DNA of 64,000 nt. It comes from Sphagnum compactum. Lineage: Eukaryota. Where the stretch lies: positions 4,960,001 through 5,024,000 of the forward strand of contig OZ234494.1 of NCBI GenBank assembly GCA_965153455.1, written 5' to 3'. Positions 14,192 to 27,539 of this stretch are shown here, piece by piece. Position numbers and translations under genes: made by a program. The number at the start of each line of letters is the position of its first letter. Position 1 is the first letter of the stretch. The notes beneath the pieces are model-generated. The model was given only the letters and a program-made list of their open reading frames with translations, made no database searches and had not been told where the DNA came from.

Positions 14192-14556
14192 GTCTCCACC
14201 GGTACTCAGTATGTGACCCTGCAAAAATATTTTTCACATCCAAATTTACTTGTTTACTTTTTTGCAACCCCACCCATAGAGCTGAAACTGGGACAGGAAA
14301 TAGGTGAGGGTCCCATACTAGCAAACCACCTGGACCAATCATTATGCTGGGCTAATGAGAAACATTGAGCGGCAGTCATATCACATTTAATACACTCTTT
14401 TCTGCAGGAAGCGTCGCTCTGCCTTTTACCAGCCACCGCAAGCTGTGCAGTTATACGGAGCCAAAACCATTTTCCTGAGCTAAACCGGCATCTTTTGACT
14501 TTTCTTCATCCAATTTTACTCGGCAGATCACATACTGAGCGCCACTGGAGATGCTC
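14192..14556. mobile_element. Tourist/Harbinger-like MITE
   Basis: Imperfect TIRs: left TCTCCACCGGTACTCAGTATGTGACC, right GATCACATACTGAGCGCCACTGGAGATGCTC (reverse complement starts GAGCATCTCCA). Left end eroded; no clean TSD. Confidence 0.7.
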
Positions 14557-15611
14557 GTAGCATGTTACTAGATGTGACTATTGGAATCTAGGTGATTTGG
14601 AATAACCACACGTGAAATGTCCAAAACTGAATGATAATAATTCCACAGAAAGAAACCAAATGTTGAATAAACCCAAATATACCTTTTTGGCACTTGAGTG
14701 TGAATCTACTTGGGTCCGTATAATCTATTGTAGACTGTAACACTAGTCTCACCTAGCATTTTTTTTGGGTGTGGAATTTTGCCAAAATGAAAAATATAAA
14801 CATATATTGTGTGAATATTGTTGTGTAAATATTGTCACAATATATTCCCTTTTTCTGGAAAAAAAACACCAAATTTCAAGATTTTTTTGGGAATGGGCTG
14901 TAATTTTACTTGGTTGCATTTTCTGACTAGTGGCCATTTAATATTAAATCCCTCTCAGAAGTTAGCAATGACACAACAGCAGAAAATTGAAAAAAAAAAA
15001 TCAATGGTTCCACCATATTATTGAAATTTAATAAATGGACTATGTGAGAAAATAACACAAAATAGTGGCCAATTTTCTTTGCTGCATGTTACACGATCAG
15101 CCCCTTTTTTTTGTGCAAAATTTAGCAACCAACAATACTATTTGTTTGAACAATGTGACAAAGCAAATCTTTTTAGGGTTTCTAATTGCCAAACTCAGAC
15201 ATTTTTGGCCTCAATTGCCAACTTTAAACCTCAGATTCATAGAAGCTTAAATCCTTGTACTTTCATATTTTGTTTGTATTGATCAGATCATCTTATGGAT
15301 GATTGCGACTTGTGCTACAATAAGAAATTTGAAAAAAAACACTAATTGCAATATTTATTGAACTAAATAAAGTTGAAACTGTTTAGTTTTCAGAAAGAAT
15401 TTGTCAATTGATTCTCCCTAGTCTTTAGGAAAACCAAGTGCATTCAATTGCCTATTTCATTTGTTCTTCTTGTTTAGTCTAACACACATGTCCATTCCAT
15501 TCACTGCACTTGATGCCCATACTTCAAACAAGCTTTTTTGTCTTTTTATGGGTTTTTTAATGCATTACAATGGTGATCATGTGAGTTGCAGTCTTTTTTA
15601 TTTTGTTCAAA

Positions 15612-15668
15612 TTTGTGATGTAGCTGAAGTGGAAATCGTCCATAAGATGATTTAGCCAGATTTGGCTA
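15612..15668 (+). repeat. Dispersed non-autonomous repeat family (other copies ~23517-23577, ~41545-41600, inverted ~15286-15340)
   Basis: Shared TTGTGATGTAG..GTGG..ATC.TCCATAAGATGATTTAGCCA.ATTTGGCTA-like motif. Confidence 0.7.
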
Positions 15669-17556
15669 AATATGTATGAGTAAAAAACATGAATATGCTA
15701 TGTTGATATTTATCACTATTTGGCTATTATCCGAACTCCATGGTTCTTATGGCCAAGCAGCTGCCAGTCATTTGACAAGAAAATAGTGCTGGCAATTGAT
15801 GAAAGAGGGGATACGCAAATTGCACTAGATATTCACCTGTAAAAACCAAAAAAAGCTATTTTTGTATTATGTGGGGGAAAATGAAAATGGCCAATAGATT
15901 TAAGGTTAAAGGGCCAAGGTGAACCCAATGGCTTTCCACAATGTGTATTCTAAACAAGGGGGCCTACTTTTGATTTCTATTCCTTCACCACACCCCATTG
16001 TTTGCCATCCCTTCTACTCTCCATTAGGGTGCCTCTCCATGATCTCCCACTCACCATTCTTTGTACTCTCCCTGCTCAAATACTTTATTTTTTGGGGTGG
16101 GGTGGAGCAGAATAGTGGGAACTCCACTAGAATAGTGGGGCCTGTGTCTCAACTTTTTCCATAAGATCTGGACACAAACCGAAGACTCACAAATGCCCAT
16201 CTCAAAAGCTGGTTGTACAAGTGCAAAGATATTCTGACTTGTTCCAAGTCACATTAGCTCTCTTCACCTGAAACACTGCATGTCTGGGGTGTGTGAGCTG
16301 AATGGAGAAACACTATCACCCAAATTTGATGGAATTAATTGCAGTTGGATAGTGGGTGGCGAGAAGAAGACATGGAAACATACCCTTAGCCATTTGCAAT
16401 CCATTTGCAATTCAGTGTGGCGAGTGTGTGTGATATAGCAGTAATTTACATTCCAAGAAGAAATATTCATAGTAGCATACATATGTATTTATGGGGGGTC
16501 CAACAAAGAGCCTATCACATTATTGGGCCATGCCTTCAGGCAAGAACTAAAGGTCTCCAACACCTGATCAATAGAAGGAGCTCAGACCTTATGAACATGA
16601 ATAGCTAATCTTCAATCACACCCATATAGTATAATTTAGAGCTAGTTTAGAAGACTAAGTACTTTGGCTTTCAAAGCTTTAGACTAGTTAAGGGGAGGCA
16701 ACTGATTTCACATTCCACTTGTTTCAAAAATCCAATCCATTATAATGCATCTCATTTTCTTGCTCTTGTGCAATTTGGCGTAGATTTGCTTTCCATCTTA
16801 TGTTAAGGGGAAAATTTGTTGTATGTAAAGGAAATGAGATAATTTGAAGTGCATTTATGTTTGAAACTAATTGGAATTAGTGTAAAATCATCACATGGAC
16901 CTTGTGTATTTTACACCTTTATTCCCTCTAGCTAGTAGCTATGCTTGTGGAGTGGAAAATTAGAGGGATTCTCAATGTTGGCTTGGCAATGGTCAAGAAA
17001 AAAGAGAAAAAACCAAGGAGAAGATGTCAAACTTTAGCATACATCAGGGGCTCAAAGATTGAATGCTTCCACCATGAAAAATAACAAGAGCGGCAAAATC
17101 TGTCCTTAATAGGTATAGAAAGCGCTACTAGCCCAGGCCAAAATGGGGATGAACAAGCAGCTTTAGGAATAATATTTTCACACAGCCAATGAGACATGCA
17201 CCCAGGAGGGTCCAGAGGTGTTAAAGATCTTCTCGGATTTTTGTGTTCCCACCATGTTCCCACTAGGTTCCCAATTATTCCTTATGATGCTCTCAGTATG
17301 TTTCCCAAGCTGTTCCCAGTAGCACCACACTCTTACACATAACCTTTGCCGAAAATTCTGTTTTACCTCAATAGAGTAGACTGACCGGTGACCGAACACT
17401 TAAGCGCTCAGGGCAGGCCAGATTCAAGGGGAGGGCTCTGTTGTTTTTGGTGTCCCATCAAAACTTGAACCACTCCTCTTGGCGCAACTGACACTCTAGC
17501 AATCGTTGAAAATGGATTAGAAATGAGAATGTTACAGCCCCCCAAAGTAAAGGGGG

Positions 17557-20500
17557 TCTACCCTAACATTTTGGCCTATAGTTGATATTGTTTACATGGT
17601 TGACATATTAATGGCAATGCAAAAGACCAAATTGTGGTTTGAAATCATGTGAAAATGGGTCTAGTTTAGGGTTTGAAAAAGTGTGACATCAACTCTCGAT
17701 TAATGGGTCTATCTAACATGCCCTTCTAGGCGAACCCTCAAGTGTGGGGGCACTTAGTCAAAGCCCAAGTCTGAACCACCATGGGGCGGCCCTTGTAGTG
17801 GCTTGGGTTACAAATCTAAGTGTTGGGCTGGGTTTGACTCTCAATTTGACATACTCACGAGTCGCATAAATGTTGGCAAGTGAGGGTTTGAGGAAGGGGT
17901 TCAAGGTGTTGGCCTTGGTGCATTAAGTCTTTGAACTAGATAAAGTTTTCAGTTAGGCCAAAAAACGAGAGATGGTAACCTCAAGCAATAAGGCCTTGGA
18001 CCACTTCGGAAGTTCACAACAGGTTTTAATCCCACCCATCTATTGGTCAAAAATAGCCCAAGGTTGCAAGGTAAGTCTAAACGTCGAAACTTCACCAAGT
18101 GCGTGGTTTTCCATGTGTAGGTAACATAGGTGTTTAGGGAGGCACGAGAATGAAACAAAGGCGATGGTGGAACAATGCCAAGGCATATTCAAGTGCGAAA
18201 TTTGGTATTAGAACAAGCTTTTTAGGTCAATTGGAAAATCTTTTAAGGCATCTGAGGGAGGTAAATAATCCAAAGCAAATGGCCTCGGATGAATCGATAT
18301 CCAACACAATGCCTGTGGTGGAACCCAAGGCCAAAAAGAAATACAAGACCAAGAAGGAAAAGGAAAAGGATGTAGTTATGGAAGAATTGATGATCTTAGG
18401 TCAAACCATGGTTAGCAATGAATGTTGGGATGAAGAGACTCAAAGTCTAAAAAACTTGGTGGAGGAAAGCTGCAAAGGCCCTTCCCTGAAAAAATAAAAA
18501 GAAGAAGACAAGGAAAGATGAAGAAGGCCTCAACAAAACAAGGTTTGTGAAAGAACTTTTTCCCCTATCGCTCAAAAAAAGGGAAAGGATGACGTGAATG
18601 TGGGTTCACCAAAAAAACTCTCTTGACTCCCAAAAAGAATAATGAGAAGGAAAAAAAATTTGAACCAATAATGGAGTTGCTTGAACACATCAACTTTCAC
18701 TCATCTTTTGAGTTGAATGGGGATGTGCATTCCTTAATTCTCCTTTTGAATGGGCCGATGAGAGGAAAAGGGGCCAAGTAGGTCCTAAAATGTCCAATTG
18801 TTGACAAATCTCTTGAGAAGCAAAAGGAAAAGGCTCTCAAAGTGGAGAAATCGTCCAAGGAGGTTTGGCTATTATGGACACCTTTTGCGCATTTGTGGTC
18901 CAACAAGGAAAAGGCATGACACAAAATCAGAAGACATCCAAGCTTATGGGCTGCATTGTGGAAGGTTTGGGCGTCATCGACAACGCCCCAAGTGCAAGTT
19001 TCATTAAGGTGACCATCAAGGCAAGGTTGATGAACTCCTTTGTAAGGAAGGAAATCAAACCAAATGAATGTGACCATGGTTGCACAAAGTAGAGGCATAT
19101 ATGGAAACATAGTGCCTCGAAACTGATAAGGAATGAATTCATTTTAATCAAACCTTGTTGAAGGAGCATGTGTGGGACTGGTGGTTGTCCCAAAAGCAAG
19201 AGAGGCCCCACCTCCTTGAAACCTTCACATGGGAAGAGTTTAAATAGCGGTTGGGCAAAAGGTTCACACCACACCACTTTGTGTTTTGGGATGGGATGGA
19301 GCTTTTGGAACTCACCCAAGGGGATGACAGGGGCTCATTGGCTGTTTATGTCCAAGACTTTAGTTGTATGTTAACTGTGGTCCCCCTCAAAAATGAATAT
19401 GTTTGGAAGTTGATCTTCCTGCATGGATTTAAACCTTGGGTGTGGAAAATAATATATTAGAGGATTGACATTCCGAAGACTTGCCAAGGGTTGATGAAGA
19501 TGGTGGAGTGTATGGAGGATGAAGTTCTTACACATCCCAAATGTGAAACCAAAAATAAAGTCTCCCTGAAAAACCAAGTCGGCCTAAGTAGTGGAAATAA
19601 GGGTGTAATAAGCGCAAGTGGGGTTAAGGAAAACTTGGGCCTCTAAACAACAAGGAGAAGTCAATGAACAGAGAGTTGTCAATCAAGAAAGTTAAGCGGG
19701 ACCTATCCAAGTTCAAATGTTTCAATTGTGACAACAATGGACATTGGGCACAGGATTGCCCCAAACCACCTTGGATGAGTGATTGCATTGCCTAAGGTAA
19801 GTTAATTCTCCAAAGGGACTTCATGGCCAAATTAGGGGCTCACAAAAGCAAAACCTTCAACTTATTAAAATTGAATTGTATGATAAATAACGAAATTATG
19901 GGTTGTCTCTTGGATTCAAGAATGACAAATTTGTTCATGATTCTAGAGGCAGTGGAGTGACTTGGAGTCAAAATCGAATTAGTGGAAGACCCCATCATAG
20001 TGCAATTAACACAAGGCATAGTTAGACCCTCTCTTAATGTACTGTTAGGTGTCTAGCCATTTTGCGAAAGAATTCCATTTTTTAAGAACTTCACCCTATG
20101 TGATTTAGATAATTTTGACGTAATTATAGGAAACACTTTTTCAGATGCCACGAAGTAAACATCCTTCGTAGTGGAGGTAAACTGAGAATCTGCACCAAGT
20201 GTGGCTCTAAGTTAGTGAATTGAAATGCAAATTATAATTTTGCATTGGTAGAAATGGAAATGAACTTAGTTGCTTTAACTAGCAAGTTGGAGTTGCCTAG
20301 TTTTCTAATTTGATGTCTTTGAAAATCTCCCAAAAGGAACCTAAGCCACAAGGGGCAAAACAACCCCCTACTTGTATTTTGGATTCATTCAATAAATTTT
20401 CGAAGGTTCTAACAGATGAACTCCCTAATGCCCTTCCACCTTGTAGAAAGGTTGACCATAAGATAGAAGTGGTGCCTAGAGCGGCTCCGCCACTGTCCAA

Positions 20501-22570
20501 GGCACCCTATAGGTTAAACCAAAAGGAACTGGAACAACTTAAAATATAATTAAATGATTTCTTCAGTCAAAGGTATATTCGACAAAGCAAGTCGCCCTAT
20601 GGGGCACCTATTTGTTTGTTGATGAAAAGGACGGCAAGTTGAGAATGTGTATTGATTACCATGCCTTGAATAAGATAACAATAAAGAACAATTATCCTTT
20701 ACCCCGCATTGATGATTTGTTGAATTGACTCAATGGGGCAACGTACTTTAATCGAATTGATTTCAAGTTAAGGTACTATCAAATCCACATTACGGATGAG
20801 GATGTAGAAAGACGGCAATGAGGACCAAGTATGGCTAATATGTGTTCTTGGTGATGTCATTTGGGTTGTGTAATGCTCTATTAATGTTCACAACCTTCAT
20901 GAACTCCATTTTTCATGAAAAGTCAGGCGAATTTGTGATCATCTATATTGATGATGTCTTGGTCTATTCCAAAACAATAGAAGAGCACGTGAAGCACTTG
21001 GAATATGTTTTGAGCTAGCTTTGAGAAAATAAACACTAATAGAAATCCTATCATTTACAACCACTCCCAGTGCAACTATGTGCGACTAAATGTCACATAC
21101 AATTATGAATGGTTGCCTATGCGACTATTTTTCAAATTTGGATAGCTTTTGGTCTTTCTTTCAACTAATTGCGACTATGACCTATTTCATCTTTCGAATA
21201 GGTTGATTTTTCATAATGTCTTTGTATTTTTTATAACATCATATATATACATTTAGTTGGACATGCAACCAAAATAATCACATTATAGTTACATAAGGTA
21301 TGTACGCTACCTAACAGTTACACATATAGACTATTTAATAATACATACGTACTTATATGTATATACCTATCTATCTATTTCCTACTTACCTACCTAGCTA
21401 GTTATGAAGTACCTACATACACATACCCCTTATACATACCCACTAGCTACCTAATAAGCTATTTAATTGTAGATAATTATTTAGAGGCCATTTAAATATG
21501 TACTTAAATAAATATTATTTCAATAGGTACCTAGTAAGAACTTATGTTACTTAATAGGTACGGTATGTAATAGTATGTGTTCAAGAATAGTTACAACTAG
21601 GTTACAACTATGCGACTAGGCTACAATTAAAGTACAACTAAATTTTATCCCATGTTGTTTGTCCTCCCTTTCAAGTTCACAAATTATATAAGTAGGTCGG
21701 TTTATTATAATAAACACATTCAATTTTTTCAATTGCCATATGGGAGGAGTTAATCACATAGGTTCCACCCAAAAAGTTTAACTTAAAATAAAATAGGATT
21801 TTGTTGTAAAAGTTTTAGACCTAAACCTAAGTACCTACCTACCTAGGCTAAACCTATGGCTAGATGGCCTAGGCTTAGCCTAGGTGCCACATGGCCTATT
21901 GTAGATGACCTAACCTGAAATTAAGTTAGGTACCTTACGCATCTAGCGAAGCTAGGTGGCCTAACCTAGGCCTAGCCTAGGTGTCACATGGCCTATCATA
22001 AGTGGTCCAACCCTAAATTATTATAAGGCAATTTTAAGTTCCACATGGCACAATCTTAGACCACCACATGGCACAATTTAAATGCTTTAATCAGATGGTT
22101 GAAAAAAAAAAAAAATCTTTGGCAAAATATTTTGAAATATTCAAATGATGCCACATGTCACATTTTTGGGCTACCATGTGTCACATGTTTAGGCTACCAC
22201 ATGTCACATTCTTAGGCTACCACATGTGAACATATTGGTGTGCATTGTAATCACAAGTGTAATCGCAAATGTAGTCACAAGAACTCATCCCTAAATATGT
22301 GTATAAAATCGCCATACTCGTATTTAACAAAAAACATATTTCATCTGTTGCTTGTGACTAATGTCGTTGCCAATTTATTATTTGCTACTAGGCTAATTTT
22401 TAGTCGTAGGTGTAAAATTTAATCGCAAATGACATTTTTTTACTAATGAAACTCTTTGCCAATAGGGCAAAAAATGAGTTTGCGTAGGAAAAGATGAACC
22501 TCTTGGGGCATGAAAAGGGGTGAGGCCTAACCCTAAGAAGTTGCAAGCCATAAAAGATTGGAAAAGGCCA
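17557..22570 (+). mobile_element. Decayed Ty3/gypsy LTR retrotransposon (putative 5' LTR, PBS, gag, protease, RT), 3'-truncated and interrupted by a CACTA-ended insertion
   Basis: PBS-like TGGTATTAGAAC at 18203 (cf. tRNA-iMet PBS TGGTATCAGAGC); CCHC knuckle CFNCDNNGHWAQDC at 19718; protease LLDSRMTN ~19906; [47 protein letters not shown] (~20944); RT resumes at 22452 with LFANRAKNEFA..LGH..GVRPNPKKLQAIKDW. LTR start is approximate. Confidence 0.9.
21034..22448. mobile_element. Non-autonomous CACTA (EnSpm) element inserted in the gypsy RT
   Basis: Left end CACTAATAGAAA..TCATTT; right end AAATGACATTTTTTTACTAATG; 3-bp TSD AAA (21031-33 and 22449-51); GCAACT/GCGACT subterminal repeats; removing it restores RT ENK|LFANRAK. 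Confidence 0.85.
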
Positions 22571-24909
22571 CAAGATGGCAACATGTGTCATTTTTTAATA
22601 GGTTTCCTTGCAAAACTCTATTCGTTGGAAGGAGATATTTGACGAATTTTCTAAAATTTTCACCTTATTTTCCAAGCTTAGAAGTAGCCAACCCCTTTTT
22701 AAAGTAGGGATTCGGCTCAAAATTTTCCATAAACAAAATGTTGCTTCTTTTGTTGGCTCTTCATATCTAAGCAAGAGTTTTCACATTAATGTACCATCTA
22801 ACCTTGGGTGGATGAGCACCTATACTTGTCACATGGTAAAAGCCCCTAGATTCATTTGAATTGTTTTTAAATATTATAGTATCCCATTGCTTATAAATGT
22901 CCCAAACTTAGACCAAATCAAGGTCTTTGAGCTCAAATCTAACATTTCTTGGAGTGCCATATGTTTTGGACTTTTATTATTCCCAACATGTCCCAATAGC
23001 ACCTCACATTGTCCCATATGACATGTGTCCAATGTTTAGGCCAATGTTGTCCTCTTGGAAATTATATAGGTGGGCCAATATTTGGACTTATCTATGGATA
23101 TGTTTGGAGGGAATGCTTTTATATTGGGGAGTATCCAAAGTTTTAGAATTTTTTTTGTGATGGGTGAATCAACAAGATTCATCACAAAAGAAATTCTAAA
23201 CTTTAGCCCAACTAATTAATTGCATCACAAAACATACAAACGTGTGTGAAATTCAAACTAGAAGCACTTGCATTGTAGTTTGAATCTAAGTTAGTTGGGA
23301 ATACATGAAAGTTGTTGTTTGACAATTTCATTACATACTTTTTGTGGAAAAAAACATGTTTGTACCTACCACCCCCAATTTTGGGCCTCATCCTAGCCAA
23401 GTTGACATTGGGTTTCACCTTGCTAACCTATCCTATAAAGGTAGGCACATAGGATGATAAAATATAGTTACTAGGTAAAAATATATGTGTAAATTAATGT
23501 TTCTCTTCTTCTCAATTTTGTGATATAGTATGAGTGGTGATCATCCATCCATAAGATGATTTAGCCAAATTTGGTTATCAACAAAATATAACGAAAGTAA
23601 AAAAGTTTAAGCATTATTCTATATTGTTGGCTACCTACATGAACCTAGTGTAGAATCTACCCCCTTTTTTTATAGATTAAAATAATTCAAATGTGGTGAT
23701 TATAAAACCCAAAACCCATTTTTTGGTATTATTCAAATAAATATTGCAAAATGAAAAGGTCAACCATTCAACAATATGTGGGTTCTTGGTCTCAAATTTA
23801 GGGAGTGGCCCCATCTATAGGACCTATTATCGTCAAGGTAAGGTTTATTATTGTTTCTATTAATTGGTTGAGGGGTGCATTTTGTTAATTTAAATTGAAC
23901 AAAAATTTCTAATAAAATTCATCAATGGGTGCTTCTATAAACTGTAATTATACGTACTTCCAAAGGGCTTGCATGTTAGATTCTTGTTTTAACACAAATT
24001 CTTTTCCATTATGGTTGCCTTGCTCAAGATGATTGTTTTGTCTCTTTTGAAAATATTCAAGATCCCTTGCCATCTCAATAGTTCTACAATTTTTCAATCT
24101 GAACTCTCAGCTTATTTTGCACTCAAAAAAACAACTAGGTCAAAACAAATAACTAGGAACCAAAAAGGGCATATGATGTTAGACATAATCAGTCAAAATC
24201 AAACATTTATTTTTTTACTACCATTTAAAACCATAATAATCATGGCAAGTTAATCCTTTTTCCCTCATATGAATGTTAAGGAACTTAGAGTAAAAATTCA
24301 TTTGATCCAATTTTCAATTTTGGTTTTAATTTAGGATGTTTAAAAATCTACACGTATTGTGTCAAATGGAGTCAATTTTGCAAAGGACAATAAAAAAGAC
24401 TCATATAATAAAAGAATTTTCATTGAAAAAAATGTGGATGATGAAAAAATATTAACCACACTCAAAAAACATTCATACTTTTAAAAATGTGGAATTCTAA
24501 AACTTTAAAAATTCAAAGAATGTTTCAAAATTGCTTCAAAATTTTAGAGCTTCGAAAGTCTTTTACCACATATAAATGGGTTATAATTTATATGATGTAT
24601 GAAGAAAAATTATAGTTGGGGAATAATGAAACTAAAGAATGTGAAATTTAATTTTTGGTGACAACTTAAAATTTTGGTCATTTTTCAATACAAAACATTG
24701 AATCTATAAGGAATATGTACATTCTTAAACATTCATATTTATTCAATAATGACTAACAAAAAAAAAGTGATGCATTGGGGAACATTTAAATATTTTTTAC
24801 AATAAGTTACAAAAAAATTCATTCAAAAATTCATTTGAATGTAAAAGGTTTTTTTTGGGAAAATCTTTTTCCAAAGTAATCCCTTTGGTTCCTCGTTACA
24901 AGTTTGGAC

Positions 24910-27200
24910 CCAACTTACAAACATCATCCATGGTCACATCACTTGGCATGATCATGCATTTCCATATGGAACGAATTGACTAAAGTCCATACCACTTTGT
25001 TTTGAAAGAATAACCCAAGAGGAAGCTAGATAGAAATGGTCTAATTGAAACATATTCAAAAGCATAGATGGTAGGGAAGATCCCAACTATTTTGGCATGC
25101 AATTTTTAGACTATGCAAAAGCTCCATCAATGACATTCTACCTTGACAATGGTACTTTATTTTTCATGAAAACTATACCAAATTTGGTATACACATCAAT
25201 TCCAACATGTTTTTTCTACATTTGAGACATTAATTTGCACAAATTTGAAATGCTCCTTTCTTGAGTCCTTGAAACAATATCCCAACATCCCAACAAAAAT
25301 GTGTAGACCTTGCCCTTTAAAAAGTTTGCAATATACCCACATGCCCAATAGTTGCCCTTGCAAGGTCATTTCAACCTAATCAACATTTGACTACATGATT
25401 AAGAGCAAGAAGGTTTGAAATATGCAACTTACATACCATTTGCAAGTATAGATGACAAAGAGTTTCACCCCTTTCCAAAGCACACAATCCAATAATACAT
25501 GAGGTTGTCAAAAATTGTTCCATAACAAATGTGTTGTTTAGATTTATGTCACACCCTTTCACTATGAGAAAACAGGGTGTTTTGCAATTGAACTTGCAAT
25601 TTAGTTTTTGAGTTGCAATTGTCATTTGCAACTCACTGTATTCTTACACCCATGAATGTTATGCGACAAGTTGTATGAATTATAAAAATTGCAATTCAAC
25701 GTATATAAGATCTCATTCTATGCAATTCAGTTACAATTCTATCACAACAACTCCTTTCCAACTATTATGCAATTCCGCTATTATTATAACCATATTGTCA
25801 TGCTGACGTCATTTTTCATTATTCATCAAAATTTAACACATGGCACTATGAAGATTTTGGTGAATTGTTTTTTGAAATATTGATATCCATCGTCCATTAT
25901 GATTATTCATTTTAAATGATTTTAGATTATGACATGTGGCACAATCAAAAGTTGCCACGTGGCATACTAATTGAATTTTGGAAACAAATATATAAATACC
26001 TAGGTAGGTTGATACATTGCCAAAGGTAGGTAAGTTGGTAACTCTCACATACCAACCTAACTATTTACCTACCTATATAAGTAGGCTAAAAAATAGGACC
26101 TATTTACTTAGGTAAGCAAGTAGGTAGGAAGGTAGAAGGGTAGGTGAACTAAAAAATAGCCACACAATTTTTTGAATTTTTTTTCATGTTTTGCCTTTAG
26201 GGTTAAGCTTTTATGAATTCATCTCAACATGGCACATGTATTTTAAAGTGACAATGCAAGAGAAGACACCTATTTTATATAGTTTATGAAATGAAAACTT
26301 GAAAACAAAGCATATTGGTTAAATCTTTTAGTTGCACCTTAGATTGATTATTTGAAACAATTAAAATAATTCAGATAATTAATTATCATAATAACTAATA
26401 ATTGATTATCTGAATTCAAATAAAATTCAGTAATTACTCACCTAAATTAACAAAAATTATTATCTAAATTATTTTAATTAATTATTAGAATTTAAATAGC
26501 TAGTTAGTTAGAGAATTTAGATAATTAGTTATAAGATAATTAATTATCCAATTTTAGATATTTATTTATTTATTATCTGAATTAAATAAAATTAATTATT
26601 ATTTAAATTTATTAATGAACTCATATGAATATTCAATTAGGTGTAAATTTTGAATTTCACTTTATTCATGGATGTAGAGTTAGTTGAATGTTTGTTGTAA
26701 TTACATAATTTTTTTTAAAAAAATCAATAATTAACAAAAAGGTTGTGTGTACAAGTTATAGCAAAGAACATCCAGCTTCACGACACCATAATAAAAATAA
26801 GAAGAAAATTTGGGTGGCATCAATAGATAGCAACACCAAAATACTTATAATGGCAAAGCAAACTATGACCAACTTGTAGAAGGAAGTGATTAGAAAACCC
26901 AATGATTTTGTGTTGCCACCCAATTTGGTATGATATGTGTTGGGATATGATTGAAAGATCTAAAAATGAATAATTTAATTAATTTAAAATACTTGTAAAC
27001 TATATTTTTAAAAATTAAAAATAAAATAACATCATTTCATTATAAAATCTCAACTTTTGAAGTGATGTAACAAATGTCCCAATTCTAATCCACAAAAAAT
27101 GTCATGAATTTTTATTTCATAATAAACATGTGTTAAGTGTTGAATTTTTTTCTTAGTGTGGTTGTGATATTGTTATAAACATTCCCAAGCAAACTTAATC
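24910..27200 (-). mobile_element. Replitron-type HUH endonuclease ORF relic (segments ~27200-27159 and 25559-~24910) split by a CACTA-ended insertion
   Basis: Minus-strand translation through stops and frameshifts: ITISQP|(K)GCDI..GLCALERGETLCHLYLQMV (degenerate HUH)..CKLFKGQGLHIFVGMLGYCFKD (YxxK)..EHFKFV..KNKVPLS..HFYLASSWVI..GMD..SIWKCMIMPSDVTMDDV. Confidence 0.8.
25560..27158. mobile_element. Non-autonomous CACTA-ended element inside the HUH ORF
   Basis: Left CACTATGAGAAAA, right TTTTTTCTTAGTG (11/13 inverted match); GCAATT/GCAACT subterminal repeats; GCCAC.TGGCA and TAGGTAGG motifs shared with the 21034 element. The flanks (TTT/TGG) are not a clean TSD. Confidence 0.6.
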
Positions 27201-27539
27201 TTTTATTTATGAAGGTTTACATAAGATTGCCAATAGTTTAAAAAGTTCATGATTTATTGAAATGAAAGAATTGAGAATTGTTGTTTTGCAAAAATGGACA
27301 TTATCACCTTAACCAATTGTACAAAACCATGCTTGTGGGTCTTGACTATGGATGATTGTTGTGGCACATATGCCACAATTTGGAAATGTGTAAGTTTCGG
27401 ATTTGAGTTTCCCTCTTGCTTGCTATTTTCAAATGGACAAATTTGCATTCCCAAAATATCAACATCCAAATATAAAATCTTGAAAAAGTAAAATTATGTA
27501 CTCCATTTGTACCATTTTTGGTCCACCTTATTATAAAAC

